Notes under the pieces: generated by a model
What the model saw: only the letters and a program-made list of their open reading frames with translations
Told to the model about the DNA's origin: nothing
Database searches by the model: none
Position numbers and translations under genes: made by a program
Part shown: positions 1-11,300 of the stretch, piece by piece
How the letters are laid out: each line of letters opens with the position of its first letter
Numbering within the stretch: the stretch's first letter is position 1
DNA from: an uncultured Hyphomicrobium sp.
GTDB taxonomy: Bacteria > Pseudomonadota > Alphaproteobacteria > Rhizobiales > Hyphomicrobiaceae
Assembly (NCBI GenBank): GCA_964589785.1
Contig: CAZPUQ010000010.1
Coordinates: 874-64,873, forward strand
Direction: 5' to 3'
Length of the DNA: 64,000 nucleotides

Positions 1-176
1 CCTCCGACAAGGCCGCGCGCCGCATCTCGGTGTCGATCAAGGCGCTCGAGATCGCGGAGGAGAAGCAGGCCGTCGCCCAGTACGGCTCGTCGGACTCGGG
101 CGCTTCGCTCGGCGACATCTTCAAGGCCGCCATCAAGAAGCGCAATGCCGACACGGACGAGGACGAGAGCGAGTAA
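1..176 (+). CDS. rpsA: 30S ribosomal protein S1, C-terminal end (5' part outside window)
   Basis: Open frame entering from the left edge (codons from nt 3) reads SDKAARRISVSIKALEIAEEKQAVAQYGSSDSGASLGDIFKAAIKKRNADTDEDESE*, with TAA at 174-176. This resembles the acidic tail of alphaproteobacterial S1 as I remember it. A strong terminator follows. Too short to appear in the ORF track. Confidence 0.75.
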   Translation, partial: SDKAARRISVSIKALEIAEEKQAVAQYGSSDSGASLGDIFKAAIKKRNADTDEDESE

Positions 177-235
177 TCGCCTCCTCGTCGCAGTCCGCAC
201 GGACCTTTAAGGCTTGTGCCGGATCGGAACAAACG

Positions 236-268
236 AAGCGCGGCGCCATTCTGGTGCCGCGCTTTTTT
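236..268 (+). terminator. Rho-independent terminator after rpsA
   Basis: aaGCGCGGCgccattctggtGCCGCGCtttttt: 7-bp GC stem followed by a T6 run, about 60 nt after the rpsA stop. Confidence 0.7.
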
Positions 269-405
269 GCTTCGTGCGGCGGCTTGGAGGGGCCGTGGGA
301 CGGCTTGTCGGCCGCCTGCCTACGCTTTTTTAGCGTCTTGAAATCATAACGTTGTTGGGTCGACGGCATCGCCGCGGCCGCCTGATGCGATGGAGGTGCA
401 ACGCG

Positions 406-1374
406 ATGTCGCTTGAAACCGAGATTGTCCTCGACCGGCGCCAGCTCCGCCGGCGCCTCAGCCTGTGGCGCGGACTTGCGATCACCGGCCTCGTCCTCGC
501 CATTGGCGGCTACATCCTCTCCGCCGACCAGACGAGCGGCCTTTTCGCCCAGAAGCACATCGCGCGCGTGGCCATCGAGGGCACGATCGTCGACGATCGC
601 GCGCAGCTCGAGATGCTGGCCAAGCTGCGCGAGGCGCGCAACGTGGCGGGCGTCATCCTCTACGTCAACAGCCCCGGCGGGACCACGACCGGCGGCGAGG
701 CACTGCACGACGAGATCCGCCGGCTCGCCGAGAAGAAACCCGTCGTCGCCCAGTTCGGCACGGTTGCCGCCTCGGCGGGCTACATCGTGGGGCTCGCCGC
801 CGACCACATCATCGCGCGCGGCAACACGATCACCGGCTCGGTCGGCGTGCTGATCCAGTGGCCTGAGGTCAGCGAGCTCATGGGCAAGGTCGGTGTGAAG
901 ATGAACGAGGTGAAGAGCGGCGAGCTCAAGGCGTCGCCCTCGCCGTTCGCGCCGGCCGACGAGCCCTCCCTCCAGGTCGTCCGTGAGATGATCAACGACA
1001 GCTTCCGCTGGTTCGGCTCGCTCGTCGAATCCCGGCGCGGCATCAAGCTCGCGGACGTTCCGGGCCTCGCCCAGGGCCGGATCTTCTCCGGACGGGAGGC
1101 TCTCAACCATAAAATGATCGATGCCATCGGCGGCGAGACGGAGGCCAAAGCCTGGCTGGTCGACAAGCGCGGGGTCGCCAAGGACCTCAAGGTGATCGAC
1201 TGGAAGCCGGCGGCGACCAGTAGCTGGTGGATGTCGGCCTCGCTGTTCGGGGCCTTGGGCGGCCTCTTGGGGGCGCAGGGTCAGCAGGTCGCCGATTTCC
1301 TCGCCCGGACGCGGGCCTTCGGCACGGTTGGCCTTGACGGCTTGGTCTCGGTTTGGCACCCTTCTGAAAACTGA
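406..1374 (+). CDS. sppA: signal peptide peptidase SppA (36K type)
   Basis: ORF 352..1374. The N-terminal TM segment and the ...ILYVNSPGGTTTGGEAL...AASAGYIVGLAADHI...GSVGV... pattern are typical of SppA/ClpP-fold S49 peptidases. Start moved to ATG 406 (MSLETE), which has GGAGG 9 nt upstream. Confidence 0.9.
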   Translation: MSLETEIVLDRRQLRRRLSLWRGLAITGLVLAIGGYILSADQTSGLFAQKHIARVAIEGTIVDDRAQLEMLAKLREARNVAGVILYVNSPGGTTTGGEALHDEIRRLAEKKPVVAQFGTVAASAGYIVGLAADHIIARGNTITGSVGVLIQWPEVSELMGKVGVKMNEVKSGELKASPSPFAPADEPSLQVVREMINDSFRWFGSLVESRRGIKLADVPGLAQGRIFSGREALNHKMIDAIGGETEAKAWLVDKRGVAKDLKVIDWKPAATSSWWMSASLFGALGGLLGAQGQQVADFLARTRAFGTVGLDGLVSVWHPSEN

Positions 1375-1401
1375 GGAAAAACAAACCGTTCGGGGGAGCC
1401 C

Positions 1402-1698
1402 GTGATCAAGTCGGAACTGATCCAGAAGATCGCGAATGCAAACCCGCACCTGTACCACCGCGATGTGGAGCGGATCGTCAACGTCATCTTCGACGAGATC
1501 GTGGATGCACTTGCGCGCGGCGACCGCGTGGAATTACGTGGGTTCGGTGCCTTCACGGTGAAGCACCGTGCCGCGCGCCAGGGCCGCAATCCGCGCACCG
1601 GCGCCCCGGTACCGGTGGAGGAGAAGTTCGTACCCTTCTTCAAGACCGGCAAGGAGCTCAGGGATCGGCTGAACGACAGCGGCGGCGCTGCGGGCTGA
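1402..1698 (+). CDS. ihfB: integration host factor subunit beta
   Basis: [11 protein letters not shown]...[53 protein letters not shown] is a classic IHF-beta/HU-fold sequence. GTG start with GGGGGAG upstream. Confidence 0.95.
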   Translation: MIKSELIQKIANANPHLYHRDVERIVNVIFDEIVDALARGDRVELRGFGAFTVKHRAARQGRNPRTGAPVPVEEKFVPFFKTGKELRDRLNDSGGAAG

Positions 1699-1748
1699 CG
1701 CTCGGGCCGCAAGTTCGAAGCAGTCCGCGGACGCGGGCGGAGCCCAGC

Positions 1749-2111
1749 ATGCTGAAGCGCATCCTCACACTTCTGATCGCGTTTCCCGCGGCGGCCCTGC
1801 TCGTCACGCTCGCGGTCGCCAACCGCCACGACGTCACGCTCGTGCTCGACCCCTTCAATCCGCAGGCGCCGGTGCTCTCGCTGTCGCTGCCCTTCTACGT
1901 CTATCTCTTCGGCGCGATGATCGTCGGCGTCCTCCTGGGCGGAATGGCCACGTGGCTCGGCCAGGCGCGCTACCGCCGGCGGGTCCGCATCGAAGCGTCC
2001 GAGTCGCGGCGATGGCGCATGGAGGCAGACAGGCTCGCGCGCGAGCGCGACGCCGAGGTGATGCGGCGCGGGCGCGAGCTTCCCGCTCCCGCCGACCGGA
2101 CCGCCGCCTGA
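1749..2111 (+). CDS. LapA-family / DUF1049 inner-membrane protein
   Basis: Two hydrophobic helices followed by a charged coiled tail (RRRVRIEASESRRWRMEADRLARERD). Position directly after ihfB matches the layout I recall for LapA-like genes. Confidence 0.7.
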   Translation: MLKRILTLLIAFPAAALLVTLAVANRHDVTLVLDPFNPQAPVLSLSLPFYVYLFGAMIVGVLLGGMATWLGQARYRRRVRIEASESRRWRMEADRLARERDAEVMRRGRELPAPADRTAA

Positions 2112-2192
2112 CTCCCGCTGGCCGATTGGCGCGTCCCGCGACTTGCGCTCCCTTGGCTTGGTGCGGCCCCGTTCTTCTGGACCTCGAAGGCC

Positions 2193-2861
2193 ATGACCAC
2201 GCGCGTCAAAATCTGCGGCATCCGCGACGAAGCCGCGCTCGAGGCGGCACGCGACGCGGGCGCCGACTACATCGGGCTCGTCTTCTTTCCCAAAAGCCCG
2301 CGCCACCTCGATGTCGCGCGGGCGCGGGACTTGCGCCGGCGCGTGCCGCGCGACGGCCGCTGCCAGGTCGTGGCGCTCGTCGTCGATGCAACGGATGAAA
2401 GCCTTGCCGAGATCGTGCGCGAGGTCGATCCCGACCTTCTGCAGCTTCATGGCCATGAGACGCCCGCGCGCGTCGCGGAGATCCGCGCGCGCTTCGGCCG
2501 GCCGCTCGTGAAAGCGGTTCCCGTCGCCAGCGCGGCGGACGCGGAGGCGGGAACGGCCTATCTCGCTCCGGACCGGCTTGCCGATATCGTGCTGTTCGAC
2601 GCCAAGACCGATCCGAACGCTGCGCTGCCCGGAGGCAACGGCCTTACGTTCGACTGGCACATTCTGGAGCCGATTGTCGGCCGCGTTCCGTTCGCGTTGG
2701 CCGGCGGGCTCACGCCCGACAACGTGGCCGAGGCGATCCGGCGAACGGGTGCTGCGATCGTCGACGTCTCCTCGGGTGTCGAGAGCGCGCCGGGCCGCAA
2801 GGACCCTGGGCTCATCCGCCGCTTTCTTCAGAGCGCGAAGGGGGCTAAGCAGGGGGCCTGA
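2193..2861 (+). CDS. trpF: phosphoribosylanthranilate isomerase
   Basis: [10 protein letters not shown]...[15 protein letters not shown]...LQLHG...[11 protein letters not shown]...VDVSSGVE is TrpF-like. It lies immediately upstream of trpB and trpA. Confidence 0.93.
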   Translation: MTTRVKICGIRDEAALEAARDAGADYIGLVFFPKSPRHLDVARARDLRRRVPRDGRCQVVALVVDATDESLAEIVREVDPDLLQLHGHETPARVAEIRARFGRPLVKAVPVASAADAEAGTAYLAPDRLADIVLFDAKTDPNAALPGGNGLTFDWHILEPIVGRVPFALAGGLTPDNVAEAIRRTGAAIVDVSSGVESAPGRKDPGLIRRFLQSAKGAKQGA

Positions 2862-2907
2862 GACGCGCGCGCCGTGCACGGCTTGGAGAGATACGCGAGA
2901 GATCGAG

Positions 2908-4149
2908 ATGGCAACGACGACGGGCAAGGGCGAGGACGTGAAGCTCAACAGCTACCGGACGGGCCCGGACGAGAAGGGCTTCTTCGGCATGTTCGGCGGC
3001 CGCTTCGTCGCCGAGACGCTGATGCCGCTGATCCTCGATCTGGAGCGGGCCTACGCCGCGGCCAAGGCCGACCCATCGTTCAAGGCCGAGCTCGATCACC
3101 TCAACACGCACTACGCCGGCCGGCCGAGCCCGCTCTATCTGGCCGAGCGCATGACGGCCGAGCTCGGCGGCGCGAAGATCTACTTCAAGCGCGACGAGCT
3201 CAACCACACGGGCTCGCATAAGATCAACAACTGCCTCGGCCAGATCCTGCTCGCGCGCCGCATGGGCAAGGGTCGCATCATCGCCGAGACGGGCGCCGGA
3301 CAGCACGGCGTCGCGGTCGCGACCGTGTGCGCCAAGTACGGCCTGCCGTGCGAGATCTACATGGGCGCCACCGACGTCGAGCGCCAGGCGCCGAACGTGG
3401 CGCGCATGAAGCTGCTCGGCGCCAAGCTCAATCCGGTCACGGCGGGAGCGGGTACGCTGAAGGACGCCATGAACGAGGCCTTGCGCGACTGGGTCACGAA
3501 TGTCGCCGATACCTACTATCTCATCGGCACGGCGGCCGGCCCGCATCCCTACCCGGCCATGGTCCGCGACTTCCAGTCGGTCATCGGCAACGAGGTGCGC
3601 GAGCAGATGATCGCGCTCGAGGGTCGCAATCCCGATACGCTCGTCGCCTGCATCGGCGGCGGCTCGAACGCCATCGGCCTCTTCCATCCCTTCCTCGACG
3701 ACACGAACACCGCGATCTTTGGCGTCGAGGCGGCCGGCTACGGCCTCGACGTGCCGAACGGCCACGCCGCCTCCATGAACGGCGGCTCGCCCGGCGTGCT
3801 GCACGGCAACCGCACCTATCTCCTGCAGGACGGCGACGGCCAGATCCTCGAGGGCCATTCGATCTCGGCCGGCCTTGATTATCCCGGTGTCGGCCCTGAG
3901 CATGCGTGGCTGAAGGATACGGGCCGCGTCACGTACGTTGCGGTCACCGACAAGGAAGCGCTGGAGGCCTTGCAGTTCTGCACGCGCATGGAGGGCATCA
4001 TCCCCGCGCTCGAGCCGAGCCACGCGCTCGCGCACGTGATGAAGCTCGCGCCCACGCTGCCGAAGGACAACCTGCTCGTGATGAACCTTTGCGGCCGCGG
4101 CGACAAGGACCTGTTCACGGTCGCCAAGGCGCTGGGCCTGAAGATTTGA
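2908..4149 (+). CDS. trpB: tryptophan synthase beta chain
   Basis: In-frame ATG inside ORF 2578..4149. [17 protein letters not shown]..., the PLP-lysine motif HTGSHKINN, and GGGSNAIG are all present. Confidence 0.97.
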   Translation: MATTTGKGEDVKLNSYRTGPDEKGFFGMFGGRFVAETLMPLILDLERAYAAAKADPSFKAELDHLNTHYAGRPSPLYLAERMTAELGGAKIYFKRDELNHTGSHKINNCLGQILLARRMGKGRIIAETGAGQHGVAVATVCAKYGLPCEIYMGATDVERQAPNVARMKLLGAKLNPVTAGAGTLKDAMNEALRDWVTNVADTYYLIGTAAGPHPYPAMVRDFQSVIGNEVREQMIALEGRNPDTLVACIGGGSNAIGLFHPFLDDTNTAIFGVEAAGYGLDVPNGHAASMNGGSPGVLHGNRTYLLQDGDGQILEGHSISAGLDYPGVGPEHAWLKDTGRVTYVAVTDKEALEALQFCTRMEGIIPALEPSHALAHVMKLAPTLPKDNLLVMNLCGRGDKDLFTVAKALGLKI

Positions 4150-4166
4150 GCCCGTTCGGAGCCACT

Positions 4167-4994
4167 ATGAAGACCGAGACACGCATCGAGAAGCGGTTCG
4201 CCAAGCTGAAAGCGGAGGGCCGCGCCGGCCTCGTGACGTTCGTCACGGCGGGCGATCCCGACCTCGAGACGTCGCGCGCGATCCTCACCGGCCTGTCGGC
4301 TGCGGGCGCCGACGTCATCGAGCTCGGCATGCCCTTCTCCGATCCCATGGCCGACGGCCCGCCGATCCAGGCATCCGGCCAGCGCGCGCTGAAGGCCGGG
4401 CAGAACATGAAGAAGACGCTCGCCCTCGTGCGCGACTTCCGCGCCAAGGATGCCGACACCCCGATCGTGCTGATGGGCTATTACAATCCGATCTACGTCT
4501 ACGGCAACGAGCGGTTCCTCGACGATGCGGTCGCCGCCGGCGTCGATGGCCTGATCGTCGTCGATGTGCCGCCCGAGGCCGACGACGAGCTCTGCGTGCC
4601 CGCGCTCGCGCGGGGCCTGAACTTCATCCGGCTCGCCACGCCGACCACGGACGACAAGCGCCTGCCCGCCGTGCTCGCGAACACGTCGGGCTTCGTCTAC
4701 TACGTCTCGATCACCGGCATCACGGGCGCGGCGGCGCCGGTGGCGAGGGACGTCGGCCGCCATGTCGCGCGCATCAAGACCGCAACCGACCTGCCCGTCG
4801 CGATCGGCTTCGGCGTCAAAACTCCCCAGCAGGCCAAGGAGTTGGCCCGTCACGGCGATGGGGTCGTGGTGGGCTCGGCGCTCGTCACGCGGATTGCCGA
4901 GAGCCTGGACCAAGACGGAAAAGCCACTGGCGGCACCGTATCCGGGGTTCTACAACTCGTCGAAAGTCTGAGCGGGGCCTTGAAGGCGTGCTGA
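4167..4994 (+). CDS. trpA: tryptophan synthase alpha chain
   Basis: In-frame ATG inside ORF 3906..4994. [32 protein letters not shown]...[18 protein letters not shown]... is TrpA-like. It starts 17 nt after trpB. Confidence 0.95.
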   Translation: MKTETRIEKRFAKLKAEGRAGLVTFVTAGDPDLETSRAILTGLSAAGADVIELGMPFSDPMADGPPIQASGQRALKAGQNMKKTLALVRDFRAKDADTPIVLMGYYNPIYVYGNERFLDDAVAAGVDGLIVVDVPPEADDELCVPALARGLNFIRLATPTTDDKRLPAVLANTSGFVYYVSITGITGAAAPVARDVGRHVARIKTATDLPVAIGFGVKTPQQAKELARHGDGVVVGSALVTRIAESLDQDGKATGGTVSGVLQLVESLSGALKAC

Positions 4995-5163
4995 GCCGGG
5001 GCAATGTCTCCGCGAGACGGTGCCGGAACGGTGTGGGCGCCCGGCGGACCGGCGGCAACCCTAACCAACGCCGCAAAGTGCCCACAGAATGTGACGCCCG
5101 GGCCCTGAGAGAACGGCGTGGGGCGTGCTATGAAACGCCCGATCGATCAACGTCTCGGCACCG

Positions 5164-6249
5164 GTGAGGAGCGAGAACAGCGTGAACTGGATCAACAACG
5201 TCGTCCGGCCGAAGATCCGCAGCTTCCTGACGACGAAGCGCGAAGTGCCCGACAACCTCTGGGTCAAGTGCCCGGAGAGCGGCCAGATGGTCTTCTACAA
5301 GGATCTCGAGACGAACCAGTTCGTCGTCCCGGGGTCGGGCTATCACATGCGCATGGGCGCCAAGGCGCGGCTCGTTGCGCTCTTCGACGGCGGCGCGTTC
5401 GAGACCGTGCCGGTTCCCGGCGTCCCGCAGGATCCGCTGAAGTTCCGTGACGGCCGCCGCTATACCGATCGCATCAAGGACGCCAAGACCAAGACCAGCC
5501 TCGACGACGCCGTTCTCGTCGCCGAGGGCAAGCTCGACGGACAGGACGTCGTCGCCGCCGCGCAGGATTTCGACTTCATGGGCGGCTCGCTCGGCATGGC
5601 GGCCGGCGAGGCCGTCATCACCGGCCTTACGCGCGCGCTCGAGAAGCAGACTCCCTTCATCCTCTTTGCGGCGTCGGGCGGCGCGCGCATGCAGGAAGGC
5701 ATTCTCTCGCTCATGCAGATGCCGCGCACGACGATCGCCGTGCAGCGCCTGCGCGAGGCGGGCCTGCCCTACGTCGTCGTCCTCACCGACCCGACGACGG
5801 GCGGCGTCACCGCGTCCTACGCCATGCTGGGCGACATCCACATCGCCGAGCCCGGCGCGCTCATCTGCTTTGCCGGTCCGCGCGTGATCCAGCAGACGAT
5901 CCGCGAGCAGCTTCCCGACGGGTTCCAGCGCTCCGAGTATCTGCTCGAGCACGGCATGATCGACATGGTCGTTCACCGCCACAAGATGCGCGAGACGCTG
6001 TCGCGCGTGTGCCGCGTGCTCATGAATGGCGGCGGCAAGGCGCGGCGCGCCCACGGCCGCGGCCTCATGAACGGGAGGCTGATCGAGAGCGCCGCGCGCG
6101 AGAGCGGCGGCGTCCTCGTCGATGCGCAGCCCATCGAGACCGAGCACGCGCCGCCGTCGAAGACGGACGCCGGCAGAAGCGCCCCGCGCACGGCCGACGG
6201 GACAAAGACCGCAAAGCCGCCGGCGAAAGACGCGCCCCCGACAGCCTGA
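5164..6249 (+). CDS. accD: acetyl-CoA carboxylase carboxyltransferase beta subunit
   Basis: [11 protein letters not shown]...[17 protein letters not shown]...[14 protein letters not shown]...SGGARMQEG... is AccD-like. The start may be GTG 5182 (MNWINN) rather than GTG 5164. It carries a ~60-aa Lys/Pro/Ala-rich low-complexity C-terminal tail. Confidence 0.93.
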   Translation: MRSENSVNWINNVVRPKIRSFLTTKREVPDNLWVKCPESGQMVFYKDLETNQFVVPGSGYHMRMGAKARLVALFDGGAFETVPVPGVPQDPLKFRDGRRYTDRIKDAKTKTSLDDAVLVAEGKLDGQDVVAAAQDFDFMGGSLGMAAGEAVITGLTRALEKQTPFILFAASGGARMQEGILSLMQMPRTTIAVQRLREAGLPYVVVLTDPTTGGVTASYAMLGDIHIAEPGALICFAGPRVIQQTIREQLPDGFQRSEYLLEHGMIDMVVHRHKMRETLSRVCRVLMNGGGKARRAHGRGLMNGRLIESAARESGGVLVDAQPIETEHAPPSKTDAGRSAPRTADGTKTAKPPAKDAPPTA

Positions 6250-6402
6250 CGGAGGGGCCTGCCGCGGCGTCCTCCACGGACGATGCGCCGGCAGGCCAGC
6301 AATGGATGGTGCAGGCGTGCGGTCCGGAGGATCGGCGCCGCTCGTACGACGCCCGCAAGTCATCGGCCCTGTCCGGAGCGGGCCGCCAGCGAAGAGTGCG
6401 CC

Positions 6403-7734
6403 ATGCAGTCGAGCGACAAGCTCCTGGCCGACCTGAAGCTTCTCCATCCGAAGCTCATCGACCTGTCGCTCGGCCGGATCGAGCGCTTGCTTGCCAAGCT
6501 CGGCAACCCGCACGAGCGGCTGCCGCCCGTGATCCACATCGCGGGCACGAACGGGAAGGGCTCCACCACCGCCTTCCTGAAGGCGATGCTGGCGGCGTCC
6601 GGCTTGCGCGTTCACGTCTACACCTCGCCGCACCTCGTCCGCTTTCACGAGCGCATCGAGCTTGCGAGCACGGACGGCGTCTCGCGTCAGATCGGCGAGG
6701 ATCAGCTCGTCGACGTGCTGACGCGCACGCAGGCCGTGAACGACGGCGACGACATCACGCAGTTCGAGATCACGACGGCGGCGGCCTTCCTCGCCTACGC
6801 GGAGACGCCGGCCGATGTGCTCCTCCTCGAAACGGGTCTCGGCGGGCGGCTTGATGCGACCAATGTCGTGAGCCGTCCGGCATTGACGGTCATCACGCCG
6901 GTCTCGATGGATCACGCCGAGAAGCTCGGTGCCGGCCTCGGCCGGATCGCCGCCGAGAAGGCCGGCATCCTGAAGCGCGGCGTGACCTGCGTCGTGTCGC
7001 AGCAGGACGCGGAAGGGCTCGACGTCATCCGCGAGACGGCGGCGCGCACTGGCGCGCGGCTCATCGTATGGGGCGAGGACTTCGAGGCGTTCGAGCAGAA
7101 CGGCCGCCTCGTCGTCCAGACCGAGACCCACGTTCTCGACCTGCCCCTGCCGGCGCTCGTCGGCCGGCATCAGATCGTCAATGCCGGCACCGCCGTTGCC
7201 GCCGCGCTCGAGCTCGATGATCTCATCCACAGCGAGCTCGCGATCGAGCGCGGTGTCGTCATGGCGCGCTGGCCGGCACGGATGCAGCGGCTCGACAGCG
7301 GCCCGCTCCCCGATCTTCTCAACCGGTCCTCGGAGCTATGGCTCGACGGCGGGCACAATCCGTCCGCCGGCATCGCGCTCGCGCAGACGCTTGCCGACCT
7401 GGAGGAGCGAGCGCCCAAGCCCCTTTATCTCGTCTGCGGCATGATGGGCCTCAAGGATGCGGCGGGTTTCCTGTCGCCCTTCCGCGGCCTCGTGCGCCAT
7501 GTCGTGACCGTGCCGATTCCCGGAGCGCATGAGGCGCCGTTCACGCCCGAGGCGCTGGCCGACGTCGCCCATCGCGTCGATCTCTCCGCCGAGGCCGCGG
7601 CCGACATCGAGAGCGCGCTGAAACGGATCGAGGCGCTCGACGAGACGCCGAAGCGGGTTCTCGTTTGCGGCTCGCTCTACCTTGCAGGTCATGTGCTCGC
7701 GCGCCAGGAAGGCGTGGAAGTCCAGGGCAACTGA
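6403..7734 (+). CDS. folC: bifunctional folylpolyglutamate synthase / dihydrofolate synthase
   Basis: In-frame ATG inside ORF 6283..7734. P-loop HIAGTNGKGST and Mur-ligase-like architecture. The accD-folC pairing is conserved. Confidence 0.92.
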   Translation: MQSSDKLLADLKLLHPKLIDLSLGRIERLLAKLGNPHERLPPVIHIAGTNGKGSTTAFLKAMLAASGLRVHVYTSPHLVRFHERIELASTDGVSRQIGEDQLVDVLTRTQAVNDGDDITQFEITTAAAFLAYAETPADVLLLETGLGGRLDATNVVSRPALTVITPVSMDHAEKLGAGLGRIAAEKAGILKRGVTCVVSQQDAEGLDVIRETAARTGARLIVWGEDFEAFEQNGRLVVQTETHVLDLPLPALVGRHQIVNAGTAVAAALELDDLIHSELAIERGVVMARWPARMQRLDSGPLPDLLNRSSELWLDGGHNPSAGIALAQTLADLEERAPKPLYLVCGMMGLKDAAGFLSPFRGLVRHVVTVPIPGAHEAPFTPEALADVAHRVDLSAEAAADIESALKRIEALDETPKRVLVCGSLYLAGHVLARQEGVEVQGN

Positions 7735-7769
7735 GCCGACGAAAAAGAAGCGTACGGCGCACCGCTTCA

Positions 7770-7879
7770 CACCGTCACCCCCGCGACGGCGGGGGTCTGC
7801 GCAAGCCTCCGATAATACGCCGTTGAAATGGCTTGCGCGGATCGCGGCCTGCGCCGCGATGACGGCAGGGGTGGAGCGG
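7770..7879. repeat. ~110-nt intergenic two-hairpin repeat (REP-like), copy A
   Basis: It aligns without gaps to 53703-53812. My hand count is 16 mismatches in 110 positions. Contains hairpins CCCCGCgacgGCGGGG and ATCGCGGcctgcgCCGCGAT. Confidence 0.7.
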
Positions 7880-7919
7880 AACGCGCAATTCCGTTGGGCC
7901 AGGTGACATTGGCATTCTC

Positions 7920-7964
7920 AAAAAAAGGACCGCGCCGGTCGTCCCGCGCGGTCCTCGCTTTTTG
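7920..7964. terminator. bidirectional Rho-independent terminator between folC and trxA
   Basis: aaaaaaaGGACCGCGCcggtcgtccGCGCGGTCCtcgcttttt. The A7 run on one side becomes a U7 tail for minus-strand trxA, and a T5 run lies on the other side. Confidence 0.75.
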
Positions 7965-7992
7965 TCCGGCCGCGGCCGGTAAGATGATGGCG

Positions 7993-8328
7993 CTACGCGA
8001 TGATGGCGTCGTTGATGAAGTCCTCGAGACGCTTCTTCTGGACCATCGCCCCCGACTTGCGCGCCTTGATCTCGCCGCCGTGGAACACGATGAGCGTCGG
8101 CATCGCCTGGATCTCGTACTTGGTGGTGATGGCCGGGCTCTTGTCGACGTCGACCTTCACGACCTTCACCTTGCCCTTCATCTCGGCGGCAACCGCATCG
8201 AGCGCCGGGGCCATCGCCTTGCACGGGCCGCACCACTCGGCAAAGAAGTCGACGACGACGGGCTCGGTGGATTTCAGCACGACCTCGTCGAAGGTGCTGT
8301 CGGAAACGACGGGAGTCTCATGGCCCAT
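7993..8328 (-). CDS. trxA: thioredoxin
   Basis: MGHETPVVSDSTFDEVVLKSTEPVVVDFFAEWCGPCKAMAP... with the WCGPC active site. Start taken at the internal ATG of ORF 7993..8385. Confidence 0.95.
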   Translation of the reverse strand: MGHETPVVSDSTFDEVVLKSTEPVVVDFFAEWCGPCKAMAPALDAVAAEMKGKVKVVKVDVDKSPAITTKYEIQAMPTLIVFHGGEIKARKSGAMVQKKRLEDFINDAIIA

Positions 8329-8388
8329 GGCGATCTCACAGTTGCTGCCGGCGCGCCTTCGGCCGCCGGCTCCGGTCGGACGCAAGAC

Positions 8389-11300
8389 TTAAGAACGGCC
8401 GTTGTCGGCGTCAAGGCTGCCCCGATCGAGCCGCCACAGTTGCTGTGCGTGAACGTCGAGAATTTGGGCTGGAATTTCCATCAGTTGCGGCCCTTCGGTC
8501 CATAGCAGCGCGGCGCGGACGGGCCGGTTGCCGTAAATGTCCTGCAAGGCGAGCCTGTAGGCGGCAAGCTGGTAAAGATAGGCCGGTGCCACGCTCGCGA
8601 CGGACGCGGGCGCCGACCGGTTGGTCTTGTAGTCGACGATGAGGACGGCCTCCGCGGTCACGGCGAGGCGGTCGATCTGCCCGGTGAGCTTCAGCGACGG
8701 GCCCCGCCCCGACGGATGGGGAATCTCGGCGACGATGGGGACCTCGGCGCGGCTGTCGCGTCCAAAGAGAGGACCGAATGTCGGGTCGTCGAGAACGCCA
8801 AGCGCCTCGTCCGCGATGCTCCGGCAGGTCCGGTCTGGAAGCTCGGGCGCGCGCCGGTCGAGGAAAAGAGCGGCGGCCGCGCGGCGGGCCTCGGGCGCGA
8901 TGGCGGGCAGATGCTCGAGCAGCGCATGCGTGAGCGTGCCGCGCAGGAAGCGGTCGCCGCCGAGCCCACCGTCGCCGCGGCCGGCATGTCTCGCCCGGGC
9001 GGGCGGGGAGACGGCGGGCTCGCGCAGAGGATCGCGGACGGGCTCGCTCGGAAGCGGCTCGCCCGCATCGTCCGTCTCATAGGGCGCGAGCCGCGACGGC
9101 GCGAGCGGAATTGTCACCGTCTTCTCGCGCGGGGCCGCCGTCTCCGCCCACGCGGGCCGGCTCTCAGGTGCGACCTCTTCCGGAGCCGTGCGGCTGCTGG
9201 CGTCTGGCGTCGTCGCCTGCGGCGTCTCCGAGCGGTAGAGAACCGCGTCCTCGCCCGGTGCGTCGGGCGCCACGCCGAGCGCGCCGCACACGGTGTCGAA
9301 CCAGCATCCGTTCGCACGCCCCTTCTTGCCTTCGAAGCCGGCGATGATGAGCCGGTCGCGCGGCCGCGTCATTGCGACGTAGAGCAGGCGATTGCGCTCG
9401 TCGGCCTCGCGCTGCTCGCAGGCCGCGCGCGCCGCCTGCACCGGCCCCAGCATGCCGGTGCCCTTCACCGGCCACAAGAACGGCGCCTTCGCCTCCACAC
9501 TCCGCTTCAACGCGTCGAGGACGAGCGGGCGGCCGCCGCTGTTGGCGTTGGCGCCCGTGGCGCAGGTATCCGGCAGGAACACGATCGGCGCCTCGAGGCC
9601 TTTCGCGCCGTGCACCGTCAGGACGCGCACCTCGTTGCGCGCATGCTCGGTGTCGCGCTTGATGTCGCGGCTCTCGTGCGTCAGCGCATGCAGGAAGCCG
9701 GTCAGCGAGGCGGGCGCCGCGTCGTCGTACCTCAGCGCGACGTTGAGGAACTCGTCCACGGGGTCCGCCGCGTCCGGTCCGAGGCGGCCGATCAAGCGGG
9801 CTCGCACGCCGTCGCGGTCGAGAACGCTCGCCCAGAACTCGAAGGGCGGGCTGAAGTCGGCAGCCTTGCGCCAGCGCTTCAGGGTCTCGGCCGCCTCGGC
9901 GTAGCGCGCACCAGCGCCGGCGTGGTCGAGGAGCGACGCCCACAGGGTCCCTTTGCGGCCGTGCGCAAGCTTCAGGAGATCATCGTCGTTGAGATCGAAG
10001 ATCGGACTCTTCAGCGTCTCGGCCAGCGCCAGGTCGTCCTCGGGCAAAGTCAGGAACTGGCCGAGCGAGATCAGGTCCTGCACGGCAATGTGCTCGGTCA
10101 GAGCCAGGCGGTCGGCCCCCGCGACCGGCACGCGCGCGGCCTTCAGCGCGGCGACCATCGGTCCTGCAAACGGCCGGCGCTTGCGCACGAGAATGAGGAT
10201 GTCGCCCGCCCGCACCGTGCGTCCCTCGGAGCGCAACGTCTCGCCGTTGTCGAGCCAGCCCCTGATCGTGAGGGCGATGCGGTTGGCGAGCCGCAGCGCG
10301 GGCGCGGTGGTGGCGGTCTCCTCGAGCGGCGACCAGGGGTCGGCGGCGTCGGCATCGACGTGCTTTTCGGGTCGCCAGATCTCGACGGAGCCGGCCTGCC
10401 CGATGCGCTTCGCGATGTGGCGGATGCCGCCGGGTCCTGCCGGCACGCCCGATGTCCGCCGGCTGTCGGCAAAGACGGTGTCGACGGCCTCCAGCACCGG
10501 CTCGGTGGTGCGGAATGAGACGTCGAGCTCGACGCGGTGGAACGGGGCGCCGGCGTCCTTCGCGAGCTTCTGGAACCGGGCGCCCATGATCGCGAACATT
10601 TCCGGTGCCGCGTCCTGGAACGAGTAGATCGACTGCTTCTCGTCGCCGACCGCGAAGATCGTGCGCGGGGTTTCGCGCGCGCCGCTGCCGGCGAAGAACT
10701 CCTCGGCCAGCGTGGCGACGACCTGCCACTGCGACGGACTCGTGTCCTGGCTCTCGTCCACCAGCAGGTGATCGAGGCCGTTGTCGAGCTTGAAGAGCAC
10801 CCACTCCGCCGAGCCCCGCGTAGCAAGCAGGTTCTTCGTGCGCGTGATGAGGTCGTCGAAGTCGAGCGCCGCGCGCCGCGCCTTGGCCTGCTCGTAGCTC
10901 TGCAGCACCGCGTCGGCGAGACGGTAGAGCGCCAACGTCGCCTCGATGAGTTCCGCCCCTTTGAGCTCCTGCCACAGCGGCACGAACCGGTCGCGGGCGC
11001 TCGACAGCATCGTTTCGGTCTCGGGGTAGGCCGCCGCAGTCGTCTTCGTCGCGAAGGACGTGCGCGGCGCGCCTTTGCTGTCGAAGAACAGGCGGCCAAG
11101 GAGCTGGCTCCGCGGCTGCCGCCCCACCGTCGCCGCGATCTCGCGCAGAGCGGCCGCGCGCTTCTGATCGTTCGGGCTGCCTCTTGCAAAGAGGCCGGCG
11201 AGCTGCAGGCACTCCGCCTCAGGCAGCAGGCCGGCGATCTCCGAGCGAAGGGTGTCGCTGCTGAGCCCGATGCGTACGGCGAAGTGCTGCCGCAGCATCG

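Noticed and set aside
133-1458. Very long ORFs on the opposite strand or in other frames of clearly identified genes. Examples: 133..1458(-), 1281..2948(-), 2845..4035(-), 5128..7230(-), 10537..12075(+), 13083..15356(+), 17338..19854(+), 28649..30715(-), 43926..44825(-), 57787..59598(-).
   Set aside because: Their translations are Arg/Ala/Gly/Pro-rich with no recognisable motifs, and each overlaps a gene with strong family signatures. Such stop-free shadow frames are expected in high-GC DNA.
5164-6249. AccD lacking the usual four-Cys zinc ribbon and carrying a long tail, as a sign of a pseudogene.
   Set aside because: The carboxyltransferase core is intact and in one frame. Loss of the Cys4 ribbon and variable C-terminal tails are, to my recollection, normal for alphaproteobacterial AccD.
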